NCBI GenBank assembly: GCA_030603665.1
Contig: JAUVXJ010000003.1
Coordinates: 85,377 to 149,376 of the forward strand
Reading direction: 5' to 3'
DNA: 64,000 nucleotides
From: Chloroflexota bacterium
GTDB taxonomy: Bacteria; Chloroflexota; Anaerolineae; UBA7937; B3-Chlor
Part shown: positions 47,427 to 56,863 of the stretch, piece after piece
Position numbering within the stretch: position 1 is the first letter of the stretch
Layout of the letters: every line of letters begins with the position of its first letter
Notes under the pieces: model-generated
Databases searched by the model: none
What the model saw: only the letters and a program-made list of their open reading frames with translations
Told to the model about the DNA's origin: nothing
Program-made: the position numbers and the translations under genes

Positions 47427-49592
47427 GTGAGAGATACCTGGAGAGGACGTCTCGGCATTCTCGGAGTGCTTGTCGCTGTCGTCATGGCAGCGCTTGCACT
47501 ATCGTCGAGCGCCCTGTCCAGCTCACCTCCCACTGAGCCCCCGCCGCCCACCGAGATCATACTGAGCGCCGGTGACCATGGTCGGCAGGTTCAACTCCAC
47601 GAGGGCGAGACCCTGGTCATCAGCCTGGAGGCCAATCCGTCCACGGGCTACGGATGGGAATTGGACATGGAACCCCTGGACATCGAGGTCCAAGGCATCC
47701 TGGTCCAGACCGCCGAGGAGTTTCAAACCCGGCAGGAGCTGCGGTCGCCGGGTACAGGGGTTCAGGAGGTGGCACCCCTCCTTGGCGCCCCGGAGACGCA
47801 GATACTACAATTCCAGGCCCGGGCAGCAGGAGAGACCGATCTGAGGCTGGTCTACCGTAGACCGTGGGAGGAAGACACCCCTCCCGCTGGCGAATTCTCC
47901 CTCCAGGTGCAAGCTATCGGTCCCTTCACCGGCCCCGAGCCGGCGGCCATGCAGAGCGCACCGCAGCCCAGCGACCAGCCTGAAGTGGATTTGGGTGACG
48001 ATGGCCAACTGGGACTCCCATCGGCCTTCAACTGGTGCGATTTGGGGGCCTGCACCCCGGTCAGGAATCAGGGATCATGCGGTAGTTGCTGGGCCTTCAG
48101 CACCGTCGGCCCGCTGGAGTCCAACATCCTGTATCATGACGGTGTGGACAGGGATCTGTCCGAGCAATACCTCCTCTCCTGTAACGCCGACGGCTGGGAC
48201 TGCACCGGCGGATACTTCGCCCACGACTACCACCTGGATATGATCCCGCTGGGCGAGCCTGATGCCGGGGCCGTGAATGAAGCTGATTTTCCATACACAG
48301 CTCAAGATGACCCCTGTGACCCCCCGCACGCCCACCACGAGAAGATCGCTGACTGGGAGTATGTTGGCGGTGGCCTTCCTCCGGTTGCCGACATCAAGCA
48401 GGCCATCTTCGATCACGGCCCTGTTGCGGCGGCCATCTGTATAGGCAACGCCTTCAGGAACTACACCGGTGGTGTCTTCCTAACGGAGGAGTGTGGTGGT
48501 CTCAATCACGCGATAGTCCTGGTGGGCTGGGACGACAACCAGGGGCTCAGCGGCGTGTGGTACCTCAGGAACTCGTGGGACACGGGCTGGGGTGAGAGCG
48601 GTTACATGCGCATTGGCTACGGCATCTCTAGCGTGGGATACGATGCCAACTACGTGGTCTACTACCCCGCATGCTACGACTTGGACACCGCGGTGTATCC
48701 AGCGGGCACTGGCACCGTCGTCGCGGACCCTGCGCCCAACTGCAATGGAGGCTACGAGCCCAACACTGAAGTGGAACTGACGGCCGGCGACAGCCTGGGC
48801 TGGCATTTCTTTGCCTGGGGCGGTGACGCGTCTGGGAGCGTTAGTCCCATCACCATCACCATGGACTCACCCAAGAACGTGACCGCGCATTTCATGTGCG
48901 ATGGGTGCTCGGTGCCTCGGTACTACCCCCTGGGTATGAAGGGCTATGAGGGCCCACCCGAGGGATGGGTCACCATCATGGCTGAGGACTACGAGGGGCC
49001 ATTCCCCAACTCGTGGAGCGTCCTTGACGACGCGCCCGGCCACGGGGAGTATTATTGGGGTAAGAGGGATTGCCTTCCGGTTGAGGGCAGCTACAGCGGA
49101 TGGCCGGTGGGAGCGGGCTCGGACGGCTTGGCGCTGTCCTGTGGCAGCAATTACCCGGACTACGCCGAGAGCTGGATGACCTACGGACCTTTCAGCCTCG
49201 CTGGGGCCACAGCTGCCGACCTGCGCTTCAAGCAATGGCTCGACACGGAGAGCGGCGCTGACTACCTATGTAGACTCGCTTCACTCGATGGAAGCGACTT
49301 CTACGGAACGTGTGCCAGTGGTTACAGTGCGGGTTGGACAGATTCCATCCTGGACCTGTCGGACGTCTATACGATCGGCAGTCTCCTAGGACAGCCAGAG
49401 GTCTGGATCGCCACGCTCTTCTTCAGTGACGAGTCCACAAACTACCCCGAGGGCGCGTACGTGGACGACCTAGTACTCCGCAAGTACATCTCAAGCACTG
49501 GACAACCGCCTCCCCTGCACAAGGCGTCGCCTTCCTCTGGTCCCGGGGCACAGATTATCGAACAGCCTATGGTGGCGACCAAGAGGCGCTGA
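47427..49592 (+). CDS. secreted fusion protein: chagasin-family cysteine-peptidase inhibitor (I42) domain + papain-family C1A peptidase domain + C-terminal beta-rich domains
   Basis: GTG start after the SD GGGAGGG. Signal peptide RGRLGILGVLVAVVMAALALSSSA. Chagasin motifs LEANPSTGYGWEL and YRRPWE. Papain active-site block NQGSCGSCWAFS with downstream His/Asn regions. An InlB-B-repeat-like segment follows (TEVELTAGDSLGWHFFAWGG). Confidence 0.75.
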   Translation: MRDTWRGRLGILGVLVAVVMAALALSSSALSSSPPTEPPPPTEIILSAGDHGRQVQLHEGETLVISLEANPSTGYGWELDMEPLDIEVQGILVQTAEEFQTRQELRSPGTGVQEVAPLLGAPETQILQFQARAAGETDLRLVYRRPWEEDTPPAGEFSLQVQAIGPFTGPEPAAMQSAPQPSDQPEVDLGDDGQLGLPSAFNWCDLGACTPVRNQGSCGSCWAFSTVGPLESNILYHDGVDRDLSEQYLLSCNADGWDCTGGYFAHDYHLDMIPLGEPDAGAVNEADFPYTAQDDPCDPPHAHHEKIADWEYVGGGLPPVADIKQAIFDHGPVAAAICIGNAFRNYTGGVFLTEECGGLNHAIVLVGWDDNQGLSGVWYLRNSWDTGWGESGYMRIGYGISSVGYDANYVVYYPACYDLDTAVYPAGTGTVVADPAPNCNGGYEPNTEVELTAGDSLGWHFFAWGGDASGSVSPITITMDSPKNVTAHFMCDGCSVPRYYPLGMKGYEGPPEGWVTIMAEDYEGPFPNSWSVLDDAPGHGEYYWGKRDCLPVEGSYSGWPVGAGSDGLALSCGSNYPDYAESWMTYGPFSLAGATAADLRFKQWLDTESGADYLCRLASLDGSDFYGTCASGYSAGWTDSILDLSDVYTIGSLLGQPEVWIATLFFSDESTNYPEGAYVDDLVLRKYISSTGQPPPLHKASPSSGPGAQIIEQPMVATKRR

Positions 49593-49828
49593 CCCCACCA
49601 CCGCCGCTGTAAGCTTCGCTCCCGTTAAGGCTCCCCCATTTGCTCTCGCAGGGTGAGAACACACTCTGACCGCGGCATGCTCCACTCCTTCGACGCTGCG
49701 TGTCCTGCCCCAGGTCTGGGCAAGGCGCGTCGCCCCTCTCTCTTCCAGTAGACTCCACACCCAATTGCGGTACACGCAGTCGGGCAGTGGCAGGCTCACT
49801 CAAGTCTCTGGGAGAGGATACGTCAGGC

Positions 49829-49862
49829 AACCAAAAGAGGCTCCATCTCTCGACGGAGCCTC
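49829..49862 (-). terminator. Rho-independent terminator (8-bp GC-rich stem gaggctcc/ggagcctc, 10-nt loop, TTTTGG on the minus strand) between convergent genes
   Basis: Hairpin at 49837-49862 followed on the minus strand by a T-run (49833-49836). It lies ~110 nt downstream of the CBS-protein stop. Confidence 0.5.
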
Positions 49863-49973
49863 CCACATTTCGTCCAGCGCACGTCACCATGATGGACGAT
49901 GCACCATTTCTTGGCATCTCATTGGCGGCGGCACAACAGTGCACGTTCAGGACTGGCGTCAACAAGCAGCCGG

Positions 49974-50618
49974 TCAGGAGCCGCGCACATCGACAAACTC
50001 GACTCCCAGCTTGGCGATGCCTTCCTTCAGTTTCTTCTGGTCCACACCGGACACTCTGATCGTGACAGTCCTATCGCCAGGTTCATCCCTACCCCAAGTC
50101 ACGAGGGCCAGCACGCGCCCTCCCAGCTTGGATATCGTCTCGGTGCAGAGTGGCAACATGCCCTGTCCCTCGGGCACCTTCATGGTGATGCGCACGCCGG
50201 GCTCCCCGGCACCCAGCAACTCCAGAAACGCCTTGAAGATATCGGTCTCCGTGATGATACCAACGAGTGAGCCATCATGCAGGACCGGCAACGCACCTAT
50301 CCGATTGTCCGCCATGGTCTTCGCCGCCTCTTCAAGGGGGGTGTCCTCCGTCACCGTGAAGACGTTCTTGGTCATGATCTCCACCACTGTGAGTTTGGAC
50401 ACCAAATAGTGGATCTCATGAATGCTGAGCGACGTGGCAGGAGACGGTGAAGCGTAGAGGATGTCCTTCTCGGCCACTATCCCCACGAGCTTGCCCTTCT
50501 CGTCCACCACCGGCAGACGTCGGACCTTCTTCTCGCGCATCACTTTCAGCGCTTCGTCAATGGAGGTCTTGTTGGTGACGGTGATCGGATCACGGGTCAT
50601 TCGGCTGGCAACTAGCAT
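49974..50618 (-). CDS. CBS-domain protein (two CBS pairs)
   Basis: 214 aa of tandem CBS motifs (e.g. GALPVLHDGSLVGIITETDIFKA; VRRLPVVDEKGKLVGIVAEKDILYA). Confidence 0.75.
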   Translation of the reverse strand: MLVASRMTRDPITVTNKTSIDEALKVMREKKVRRLPVVDEKGKLVGIVAEKDILYASPSPATSLSIHEIHYLVSKLTVVEIMTKNVFTVTEDTPLEEAAKTMADNRIGALPVLHDGSLVGIITETDIFKAFLELLGAGEPGVRITMKVPEGQGMLPLCTETISKLGGRVLALVTWGRDEPGDRTVTIRVSGVDQKKLKEGIAKLGVEFVDVRGS

Positions 50619-50722
50619 TAACGCACCTCCTCATGGCCGCCCTGTCAGAAGCGTCCGATTCCGGATGCAGTGTAGCATAGAATCAATTGCAACGCAATCT
50701 GCACCATCTGAACGCAGCGCCG

Positions 50723-51142
50723 CTACGAGTCCAGGAAACTCTCCTTCTTCCGATACACCACCCCGTGACACGAAGCAACCAGATCTCCGTTCTCAGTGTT
50801 AACCGTGATGTGATAGAGGGCTGTGCGTCTTCCCAGATGCTCTTCCGTAGCTTCAGCCATGAGTTTGGTGCCCGGGGCAACGGTCCTCAGATAGCTTATC
50901 TCCATGTTCAGGGCCACCGAAGTGACTCCATGGGAGTTGGCAGCTGCACCAAAGGCGGCGTCTGCCAGGGAGAAAATCGCTCCCCCGTGGGGCAGGTTGT
51001 GGAAACTCAGCATGTCGTCCCGGACCGTCATGCTCACCAGGCTGTACCCCGGCTCCACGTCCACCAACTCGATGCCCAATAAATCGGCGTAGGCATCCTG
51101 CCGCAGCTTCTGCATAGTCCTCTGCTTGGTATCTTGATCCAC
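50723..51142 (-). CDS. PaaI/hotdog-fold thioesterase
   Basis: 139 aa. LHGGAIFSLADAAFGAA motif of PaaI-type 4HBT thioesterases. Confidence 0.75.
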   Translation of the reverse strand: MDQDTKQRTMQKLRQDAYADLLGIELVDVEPGYSLVSMTVRDDMLSFHNLPHGGAIFSLADAAFGAAANSHGVTSVALNMEISYLRTVAPGTKLMAEATEEHLGRRTALYHITVNTENGDLVASCHGVVYRKKESFLDS

Positions 51143-51435
51143 CTTCTGTCTTCACCTCCTCCATCGGCTGAAAGCATTATAGCACCCACCTTGCATCGCT
51201 CACAAAGCTGCTGGCCCGGTCCTGCGCCGGCCCATCATGATGCCCGCTCCCCTGGGCTCCAGAGTTGAGTCCGGTCCAAGCGTGGAGGGTGTGGAATTGC
51301 AGGATCGGGGTAAACAGTGGACTCACCCTTCGATACAGCCTTCGGCCTACTCAGGATGAGCCTTGGCAGAGGAACCTCGCAAGACAGCGAGTCTCTGCAT
51401 CTCGCCGCCTCTTTTCACACCGGCGGGGTGGTACG

Positions 51436-51464
51436 TTGCCCGGCCTGCTGCCCTGCGATACAAT
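51436..51464 (+). promoter_or_regulatory. promoter TTGCCC-N17-TACAAT for the methyltransferase gene
   Basis: Hexamers at 51436-51441 and 51459-51464. They lie inside the ORF-track N-terminal extension, which argues that the real start is ATG 51510. Confidence 0.4.
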
Positions 51465-51509
51465 GGCGTCGGTTCCGGACAGCAATGGAGTAGGGACAAC
51501 CAGCGATCT

Positions 51510-52340
51510 ATGTTGGATGCAGAAGCCTTCAAAGCGAACGAGCGCCGAGCTTGGGATCTGTGCGCGGAGAAGTACGACGGGTACCTCACGCGAGCCTTCA
51601 TACCCTTCAGCCAGAGACTGCTTGATCTCGCGCAACTGCAGGCAGGATACCGGGTCCTGGACGTCGCCTCAGGTAGCGGACTGGCGACGTTCATGGCCGC
51701 GCAGGTTGTCAGACCGGAGGGAAGTGTGATAGGTGTGGACCTATCGGAGACCATGGTCACCCTAGCTCGGACAAGGGCGGCAGGAGAGGGTGTGGACAAC
51801 GTCGAGTTCATGCACATGGACGCCGAGGAACTGGAATTCCCCGCCGATTCCTTCGACGCCGTCCTCTGTGCTCTGGGACTGATGCTCTTCCCCCAGCCGA
51901 ACAGAGCCCTCTCCGAGATGCGCCGGGTCCTCAGAACAGGCGGAATGGCCGCTCTGTCGGTGTTCGGCAGAGGCAGCAAAGTGGCACTGCGAGCCTTGAT
52001 CGAGCCATTCATTCCCCACATGCCTCCTCTCCCTCAACGCGGACCTTCCATCTTCGGCTTCGGACGAACTGAAGTGCTGGAAGAGGCAGCACGGGCGGCC
52101 GGTTTCTCAGATGTGACAACGCATCAGGAGGCACACGTTCTGGCAGTTGACCAAGAGAAGGGCATCTGGGAGATGCTGCTTTCGCTGGGACGTCTGGCTC
52201 AGATACATTCAAGGCTTCCAGCGGAGACGCAAGCAGAACTGAGGGAGCAGGTGTTTCAGATTGCCCGGGACCAGCACTCGAACCCGCAAGGTGCCCTGGA
52301 GCTACCCTTTGAGATCACCTACGCGGTGCTGCGACCATAG
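51510..52340 (+). CDS. class I SAM-dependent methyltransferase
   Basis: Motif I VLDVASGSGLATF, post-I acidic residue, motif II/III pattern. Start at MLDAEAFKAN. Confidence 0.75.
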   Translation: MLDAEAFKANERRAWDLCAEKYDGYLTRAFIPFSQRLLDLAQLQAGYRVLDVASGSGLATFMAAQVVRPEGSVIGVDLSETMVTLARTRAAGEGVDNVEFMHMDAEELEFPADSFDAVLCALGLMLFPQPNRALSEMRRVLRTGGMAALSVFGRGSKVALRALIEPFIPHMPPLPQRGPSIFGFGRTEVLEEAARAAGFSDVTTHQEAHVLAVDQEKGIWEMLLSLGRLAQIHSRLPAETQAELREQVFQIARDQHSNPQGALELPFEITYAVLRP

Positions 52341-52342
52341 CA

Positions 52343-53122
52343 TCACTGGGCCCTCCCGTCACGGCATGCCAGCACGATCTGTGGCAATACCTCAGCCACG
52401 TCTCCGCGGATCACCACGTCGGCGACGGCGTCGGCCCGCGTCTCACGGTGGTCGACGATGATCAGTGCAGCGCCCTGCCTGCAGGCGGCCAAGGGCAGAT
52501 TGGCAGCGGGAACCACGGTAAGCGAGGAACCCACCACCAGCATGACATCGCATAGCTCACCCTCCAACTGGGCATCCAAGAAGACATCCAGCGGCAATTG
52601 CTCCCCCATGAGCACAGCCATGGGCTTCAGCGCACCCCCGCACTCCTGGCAGTAGGGTACTTTGCCCTCCACCATATGCCGCTGAACAAGGCCTTCAGCG
52701 GGAATGATACCCCGGCACCGCATGCACACCGCCTCTCTCAGATGACCGTGCAACTCCAGCACGCGCTTCGACCCCGCCCTCTGATGGAGGTTGTCGATGT
52801 TCTGGGTGATGACCGCCTTCAGCAGACCAGTCTCCTCAAGCTCGGCCAGCGCAAGATGAGCAGCGTTGGGCTCGGCTTCCGCGAAAAGGCGAGCTGTGGG
52901 GCGTATCCATTCGTAGAAAACCGCGGGTTCGGTGCGGAAGGTGTGGATAGAGGCCACCACCATGGGATCATCTTTGGCCCAGAGGCCTGATTCGGGGCTA
53001 CGAAAATCGGGGATGCCCGAAGGCGTGCTGATCCCGGCTCCAGTGAAGGCTACAGCGCGTTTGGCGCCTAGGATGAGCTCTACTGCCCTGCCGATGCTGT
53101 CCCCAAGGGGCACGCGTTTCAC
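52343..53122 (-). CDS. NAD-dependent protein deacylase, Sir2 family
   Basis: FTGAGISTPSGIPDFRS, QNIDNLHQRAG, and Zn-ribbon CMRC...CQEC. Start is ambiguous (GTG 53122 or GTG 53191); the longer form would overlap the endonuclease V gene by 62 nt. Confidence 0.8.
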   Translation of the reverse strand: MKRVPLGDSIGRAVELILGAKRAVAFTGAGISTPSGIPDFRSPESGLWAKDDPMVVASIHTFRTEPAVFYEWIRPTARLFAEAEPNAAHLALAELEETGLLKAVITQNIDNLHQRAGSKRVLELHGHLREAVCMRCRGIIPAEGLVQRHMVEGKVPYCQECGGALKPMAVLMGEQLPLDVFLDAQLEGELCDVMLVVGSSLTVVPAANLPLAACRQGAALIIVDHRETRADAVADVVIRGDVAEVLPQIVLACRDGRAQ

Positions 53123-53129
53123 ACCGCCA

Positions 53130-53828
53130 TTACAGATCGAAAAGTTGCCGCTGTTCTGACGCCGTACCCAGCTGTTCTCCGCTGGCCGCACGGTGAGCGT
53201 AGCGCGTGGTCTCGGGAAGCCTGTAGCCCTTGCAGCAACCCAACACGTACTGAATGGCCATCTCCAGGTCTGTGCGATGGCCCACGGAGACGTAGACCGG
53301 GCTCACCTTGTCGCGGGTACGAAGTACGGCGCCTAAGACATCTTCGCCGTCGTACAGGTGTACATATGAACCGGCCTCCCGTGCAGGCTCATGGTGAGTC
53401 CCACACAGACGGGATTTTGCGCACCCGATGGATGGCTTGTCCAGGATCACGCCCAGGTGGCTGGCGATGCCAAAGCGTCTTGGATGGGCGACGCCCTGAC
53501 CGTCGAAGACGAAGAGGTCGGGCTCGATATCCAGCTTCTCACAAGCGGCAAGAATGGCCGGCGCTTCCCTGAACGACAGGAGGCCGGGCACGTACGGCAT
53601 GCTTGCCGCCACCTCGGCCAGGCTTTGCTCCACAGGCTTCAGGGAAGGATAGGCGAGGACGACCACCGCCGCCCTGGCCATGTCCCCTGCCATGCCCACA
53701 TCAACGCCAGCTACACTGCGCACTTCTCCGAAGTCAGGCTCGAAGGATACTCTGTCCCGCAGGTCGAGCTGAATCTCCCTGGCCTCGGCGGTGGATACTC
53801 TCCAGGGATGAGGAGCGACGGTGTTCAT
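53130..53828 (-). CDS. nfi: endonuclease V
   Basis: 232 aa. GVDVGMAGD...VLAYPSLKPVE...PYVPGLLSFREAPAILAA...FVFDGQGVAHPRRFGIASHLGV is the characteristic Nfi pattern. Confidence 0.8.
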   Translation of the reverse strand: MNTVAPHPWRVSTAEAREIQLDLRDRVSFEPDFGEVRSVAGVDVGMAGDMARAAVVVLAYPSLKPVEQSLAEVAASMPYVPGLLSFREAPAILAACEKLDIEPDLFVFDGQGVAHPRRFGIASHLGVILDKPSIGCAKSRLCGTHHEPAREAGSYVHLYDGEDVLGAVLRTRDKVSPVYVSVGHRTDLEMAIQYVLGCCKGYRLPETTRYAHRAASGEQLGTASEQRQLFDL

Positions 53829-53864
53829 CGGACCATTCCAGGGGCGGCTCTTACTCGGCTCCGG

Positions 53865-54824
53865 CTACTCGTTAAACATCTCCCCCACAGAGATGCCCAG
53901 GTAGATGCGCCTGATCACCTCACCCAGCAGAGGGGCGACCGAAAGGACGGTGACCTTCACATCCTTCATCTTCTCCCTCTTGTCCTCTGCGATAGGAACG
54001 GTGTTGGTCACCACCAATTCCGTGAGGCCGGATTCGTTGATGCGTTCAGGCCCAGGCTGGGAGAGCAAAGCGTGGGTCACACAGGCATAAACGTCCCTTG
54101 CGCCCTTGGACTTGAGGAACTTCGTAGCGTCGCGAACGGTGCCGGCAGTGTCTATCTCATCGTCGAAGATGATGGCGTTCTTGCCCTTGATCTCTCCAAT
54201 CAGGCTGAGAACCTCAGTCTTCTTCCCCTCTCGACGCTCCCTTCGTTTCTCGATGATGGCCAAGGGTACGCGAAGCGCCTCGGCGAAGTCACGGCCCAGC
54301 TTGGTGGCCCCCACGTCAGGCGCCACAACCACGGCGTCCTCCACACCCTTCTGGAGGAAGTAGCCGCTCAGCATGTGAAACGCAGTGATGTCGTCCACAG
54401 GAATGGTAAAGAAACCCTGGATCTGGTCTGCGTGCAGATCCATGGTCATGAAGCGCGTGGCACCCGCAACGGTAATCATGTCCGCTACCAGGCGTGCCGT
54501 TATCGGCACCCGGGGCTGATCCTTCTTGTCGGTCCGGCTGTAGCCATAATAGGTTACCACGGCCGTGATGTCCGCTGCGGAGTCGCGCCTCAACGCGTCG
54601 ATCATGATCAGTAACTCCATCAGGTTGTCGTTAACCGGTGCGCACGTGGGTTGCACGATGAACGCGTGCTGTCCTCGCACGCTCTTCTGCAGCCTCACGA
54701 ACGTGTTGTCATTGGCGAACTTGAAAACATCCGCACCCCTCAAGGGGCAGCCCAGATACTCGCAGATCTCTCGGGCCAAGTCAGGGTTTGCAGTGCCGCT
54801 GAAGACGGCCAGGTCTTCATACAT
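53865..54824 (-). CDS. prs: ribose-phosphate pyrophosphokinase
   Basis: 319 aa. PRPP-binding loop DDEIDTAGT and an N-terminal PRPP synthetase domain. Confidence 0.9.
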   Translation of the reverse strand: MYEDLAVFSGTANPDLAREICEYLGCPLRGADVFKFANDNTFVRLQKSVRGQHAFIVQPTCAPVNDNLMELLIMIDALRRDSAADITAVVTYYGYSRTDKKDQPRVPITARLVADMITVAGATRFMTMDLHADQIQGFFTIPVDDITAFHMLSGYFLQKGVEDAVVVAPDVGATKLGRDFAEALRVPLAIIEKRRERREGKKTEVLSLIGEIKGKNAIIFDDEIDTAGTVRDATKFLKSKGARDVYACVTHALLSQPGPERINESGLTELVVTNTVPIAEDKREKMKDVKVTVLSVAPLLGEVIRRIYLGISVGEMFNE

Positions 54825-54835
54825 CGTAGGGCCTC

Positions 54836-55396
54836 CTAGTCCAGTGCCTCCCCGGCTGTTACCTCGTTGTCAAAGAACTCGCGGCGCAGAACCGCCAATT
54901 GAAGGGCATCATGATATCTCCCGTCTCGGAACAGAGCCTCGCGGGCTCGACCTTCATGGCGGAAGCCGCATTTCTCATAACAGCGGATCGCCCGCTGGTT
55001 GAAATCGAACACCGATAGATGGATACGATGCAAGTTCATCTCGCCGAAGGCAAAACGCAGCAAAGCGACAATAGCATCGCTGCCGTATCCCCTCCCCCAG
55101 TACTCTTTCTCCGCGATTACAATCCCCAGAAAGGCGCTGCGGTTCTTCCAGTCCAGGTCGCTCAGGCCGACATTGCCGATTAGCACGCTCTCCTCTGTCT
55201 CAATGCCGAAGACGCGACCGCTATCGTCCTCCATCTGCGTCTCGAACCATTCCTCTTCTTCGGCCTTGGACATCGGCAGATAGATCTTCAGATAGTGTCG
55301 CACTTCAGGATCGTTCAACCACCGCACGAAGGTGGGGATGTCTTCACGCTCGATGGCACGCAGTCGGGTCTTCTGGCCTGGGATCACGATCTGCAC
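54836..55396 (-). CDS. GNAT-family N-acetyltransferase (RimL/RimJ-like)
   Basis: 186 aa with the acetyl-CoA-binding motif EKEYWGRGYGSDA. Confidence 0.75.
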   Translation of the reverse strand: MQIVIPGQKTRLRAIEREDIPTFVRWLNDPEVRHYLKIYLPMSKAEEEEWFETQMEDDSGRVFGIETEESVLIGNVGLSDLDWKNRSAFLGIVIAEKEYWGRGYGSDAIVALLRFAFGEMNLHRIHLSVFDFNQRAIRCYEKCGFRHEGRAREALFRDGRYHDALQLAVLRREFFDNEVTAGEALD

Positions 55397-56364
55397 CCCT
55401 TGCCCGTCTCTTCGGCGGTCAATCCATGAAAGAAGGAGTCCACTAGAGTATCCGCAGCCGTGTAGGGATCCAGTTGTCGTTCAGCAACTTTCCCTGCCAG
55501 GGAGTGCCAGCGATCCCCGTTGACCTGACCAAACAACCGGTCCAGCAGCTCTTGCCCCACTATTCGTCTAAGCTCCTCCTCCGCCAACCTTCTCGTGCGA
55601 GTAGCGAGATGACCGCTCTCCCTCAGGTGTGCCAGGTGCTCCTCCACTGCGTCCGCCAGGACGGTCGCTCCTTCACCTTGCAAAGCGATGGTCTTCAGGA
55701 GAGGCGGCCGCCAATCCCTCGCACCCCCGGGCTCGTCCATCTCCAGCATCATCTGCAGTGTTAGGTAAGTCTTGTCCGCGCCATCCCGGTCTGCCTTGTT
55801 GACCACTAGGATGTCCGCGATCTCGAACAACCCTGCCTTGATGGCCTGGATGTCGTCTCCCAAGCCCGGCGCATCGACCACGATCACGGTGTGGGCCGCG
55901 CTGGCGATCTCCACCTCCGATTGCCCCGCGCCCACCGTCTCCACCATGATCAAGTCACGCCCGAAAGCGTCCAGGACCTTGATGGCGTCCCCAGTAGCTC
56001 GAGCCAGGCCACCCAACTGTCCTCGGGAAGCCATGCTGCGGATGAAGATGCCGGCGTCCGTGCTGAGCTTTTGCATGCGGATACGATCGCCCAGCAACGC
56101 TCCACCACTGAAGGGGCTGGTGGGGTCGACGGCGATGATCCCCACCGTCTTACCACGCCCTCGGAACTCTTTGGCCAGTTCGTAGACCAGCGTACTCTTT
56201 CCGGTTCCGGGGGAACCGGTCACACCAACGATGTGCGCACGACCAGTGTGGGGGTAGAGAGCCGCTATCGCCTCGCGGGCAGAGAGGCCGCCATCTTCCA
56301 TCGCTGTAACAAGCTTCGCTGCGGCCCTGCGATCACCTGCCAACAGACGGTCAACCAGATCCAA
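55384..56364 (-). CDS. meaB: methylmalonyl-CoA-mutase-associated G-protein chaperone MeaB/ArgK
   Basis: P-loop VGVTGSPGTGKSTLV, switch regions, 326 aa. Confidence 0.85.
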   Translation of the reverse strand: MDLVDRLLAGDRRAAAKLVTAMEDGGLSAREAIAALYPHTGRAHIVGVTGSPGTGKSTLVYELAKEFRGRGKTVGIIAVDPTSPFSGGALLGDRIRMQKLSTDAGIFIRSMASRGQLGGLARATGDAIKVLDAFGRDLIMVETVGAGQSEVEIASAAHTVIVVDAPGLGDDIQAIKAGLFEIADILVVNKADRDGADKTYLTLQMMLEMDEPGGARDWRPPLLKTIALQGEGATVLADAVEEHLAHLRESGHLATRTRRLAEEELRRIVGQELLDRLFGQVNGDRWHSLAGKVAERQLDPYTAADTLVDSFFHGLTAEETGKGCRS

Positions 56365-56366
56365 GT

Positions 56367-56768
56367 TCAGCCCTTCTTGACGTTCTCAGTGATGAAACTT
56401 GCGATCTCCTCCGACGATGCGCCAGGCCCAAAGATACCATCTATTCCCATCTCCCTGAGGGCCACGGCGTCGTCATCGGGAATAATGCCTCCGACCAAGA
56501 ACAGGACCTCGCCCAGGTCTTTCTCCTTCGCTAGCTCCGCGACCTTGGGGATGAGAGTCATGTGAGCTCCGGAGAGAATGCTGAGTCCGATGACGTCCAC
56601 GTCTTCCTGCAAGGCGGCTGCTACTACCATCTCAGGTGTCTGTCGCAACCCAGTGTAGATGACCTCCATGCCGGCATCCCGCAGGATGCGAGCTACGACT
56701 TTGGCTCCGCGATCATGGCCATCCAAACCAGGCTTGGCTATCAACACTCGAATCTTCTTCTCCGGCAT
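56367..56768 (-). CDS. cobalamin-binding subunit of an acyl-CoA mutase (B12-binding domain)
   Basis: [36 protein letters not shown] contains the DxHxxG B12-binding motif. SD AGGAGGG is 5 nt before ATG 56768. No large subunit lies nearby. Confidence 0.8.
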   Translation of the reverse strand: MPEKKIRVLIAKPGLDGHDRGAKVVARILRDAGMEVIYTGLRQTPEMVVAAALQEDVDVIGLSILSGAHMTLIPKVAELAKEKDLGEVLFLVGGIIPDDDAVALREMGIDGIFGPGASSEEIASFITENVKKG

Positions 56769-56827
56769 AGCTCCCTCCTGAGGCACCCCCGGATCGCCAC
56801 GGCCAATTATACCGCATAGGATGTGAC

Positions 56828-56856
56828 TTGCCAATCGCCACACGCTCCAATATAAT
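56828..56856 (+). promoter_or_regulatory. promoter TTGCCA-N17-TATAAT; the downstream ATG (56864) lies ~7 nt after the -10 (leaderless-type start)
   Basis: Hexamers at 56828-56833 and 56851-56856. Confidence 0.4.
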
Positions 56857-56863
56857 GGCGGCT

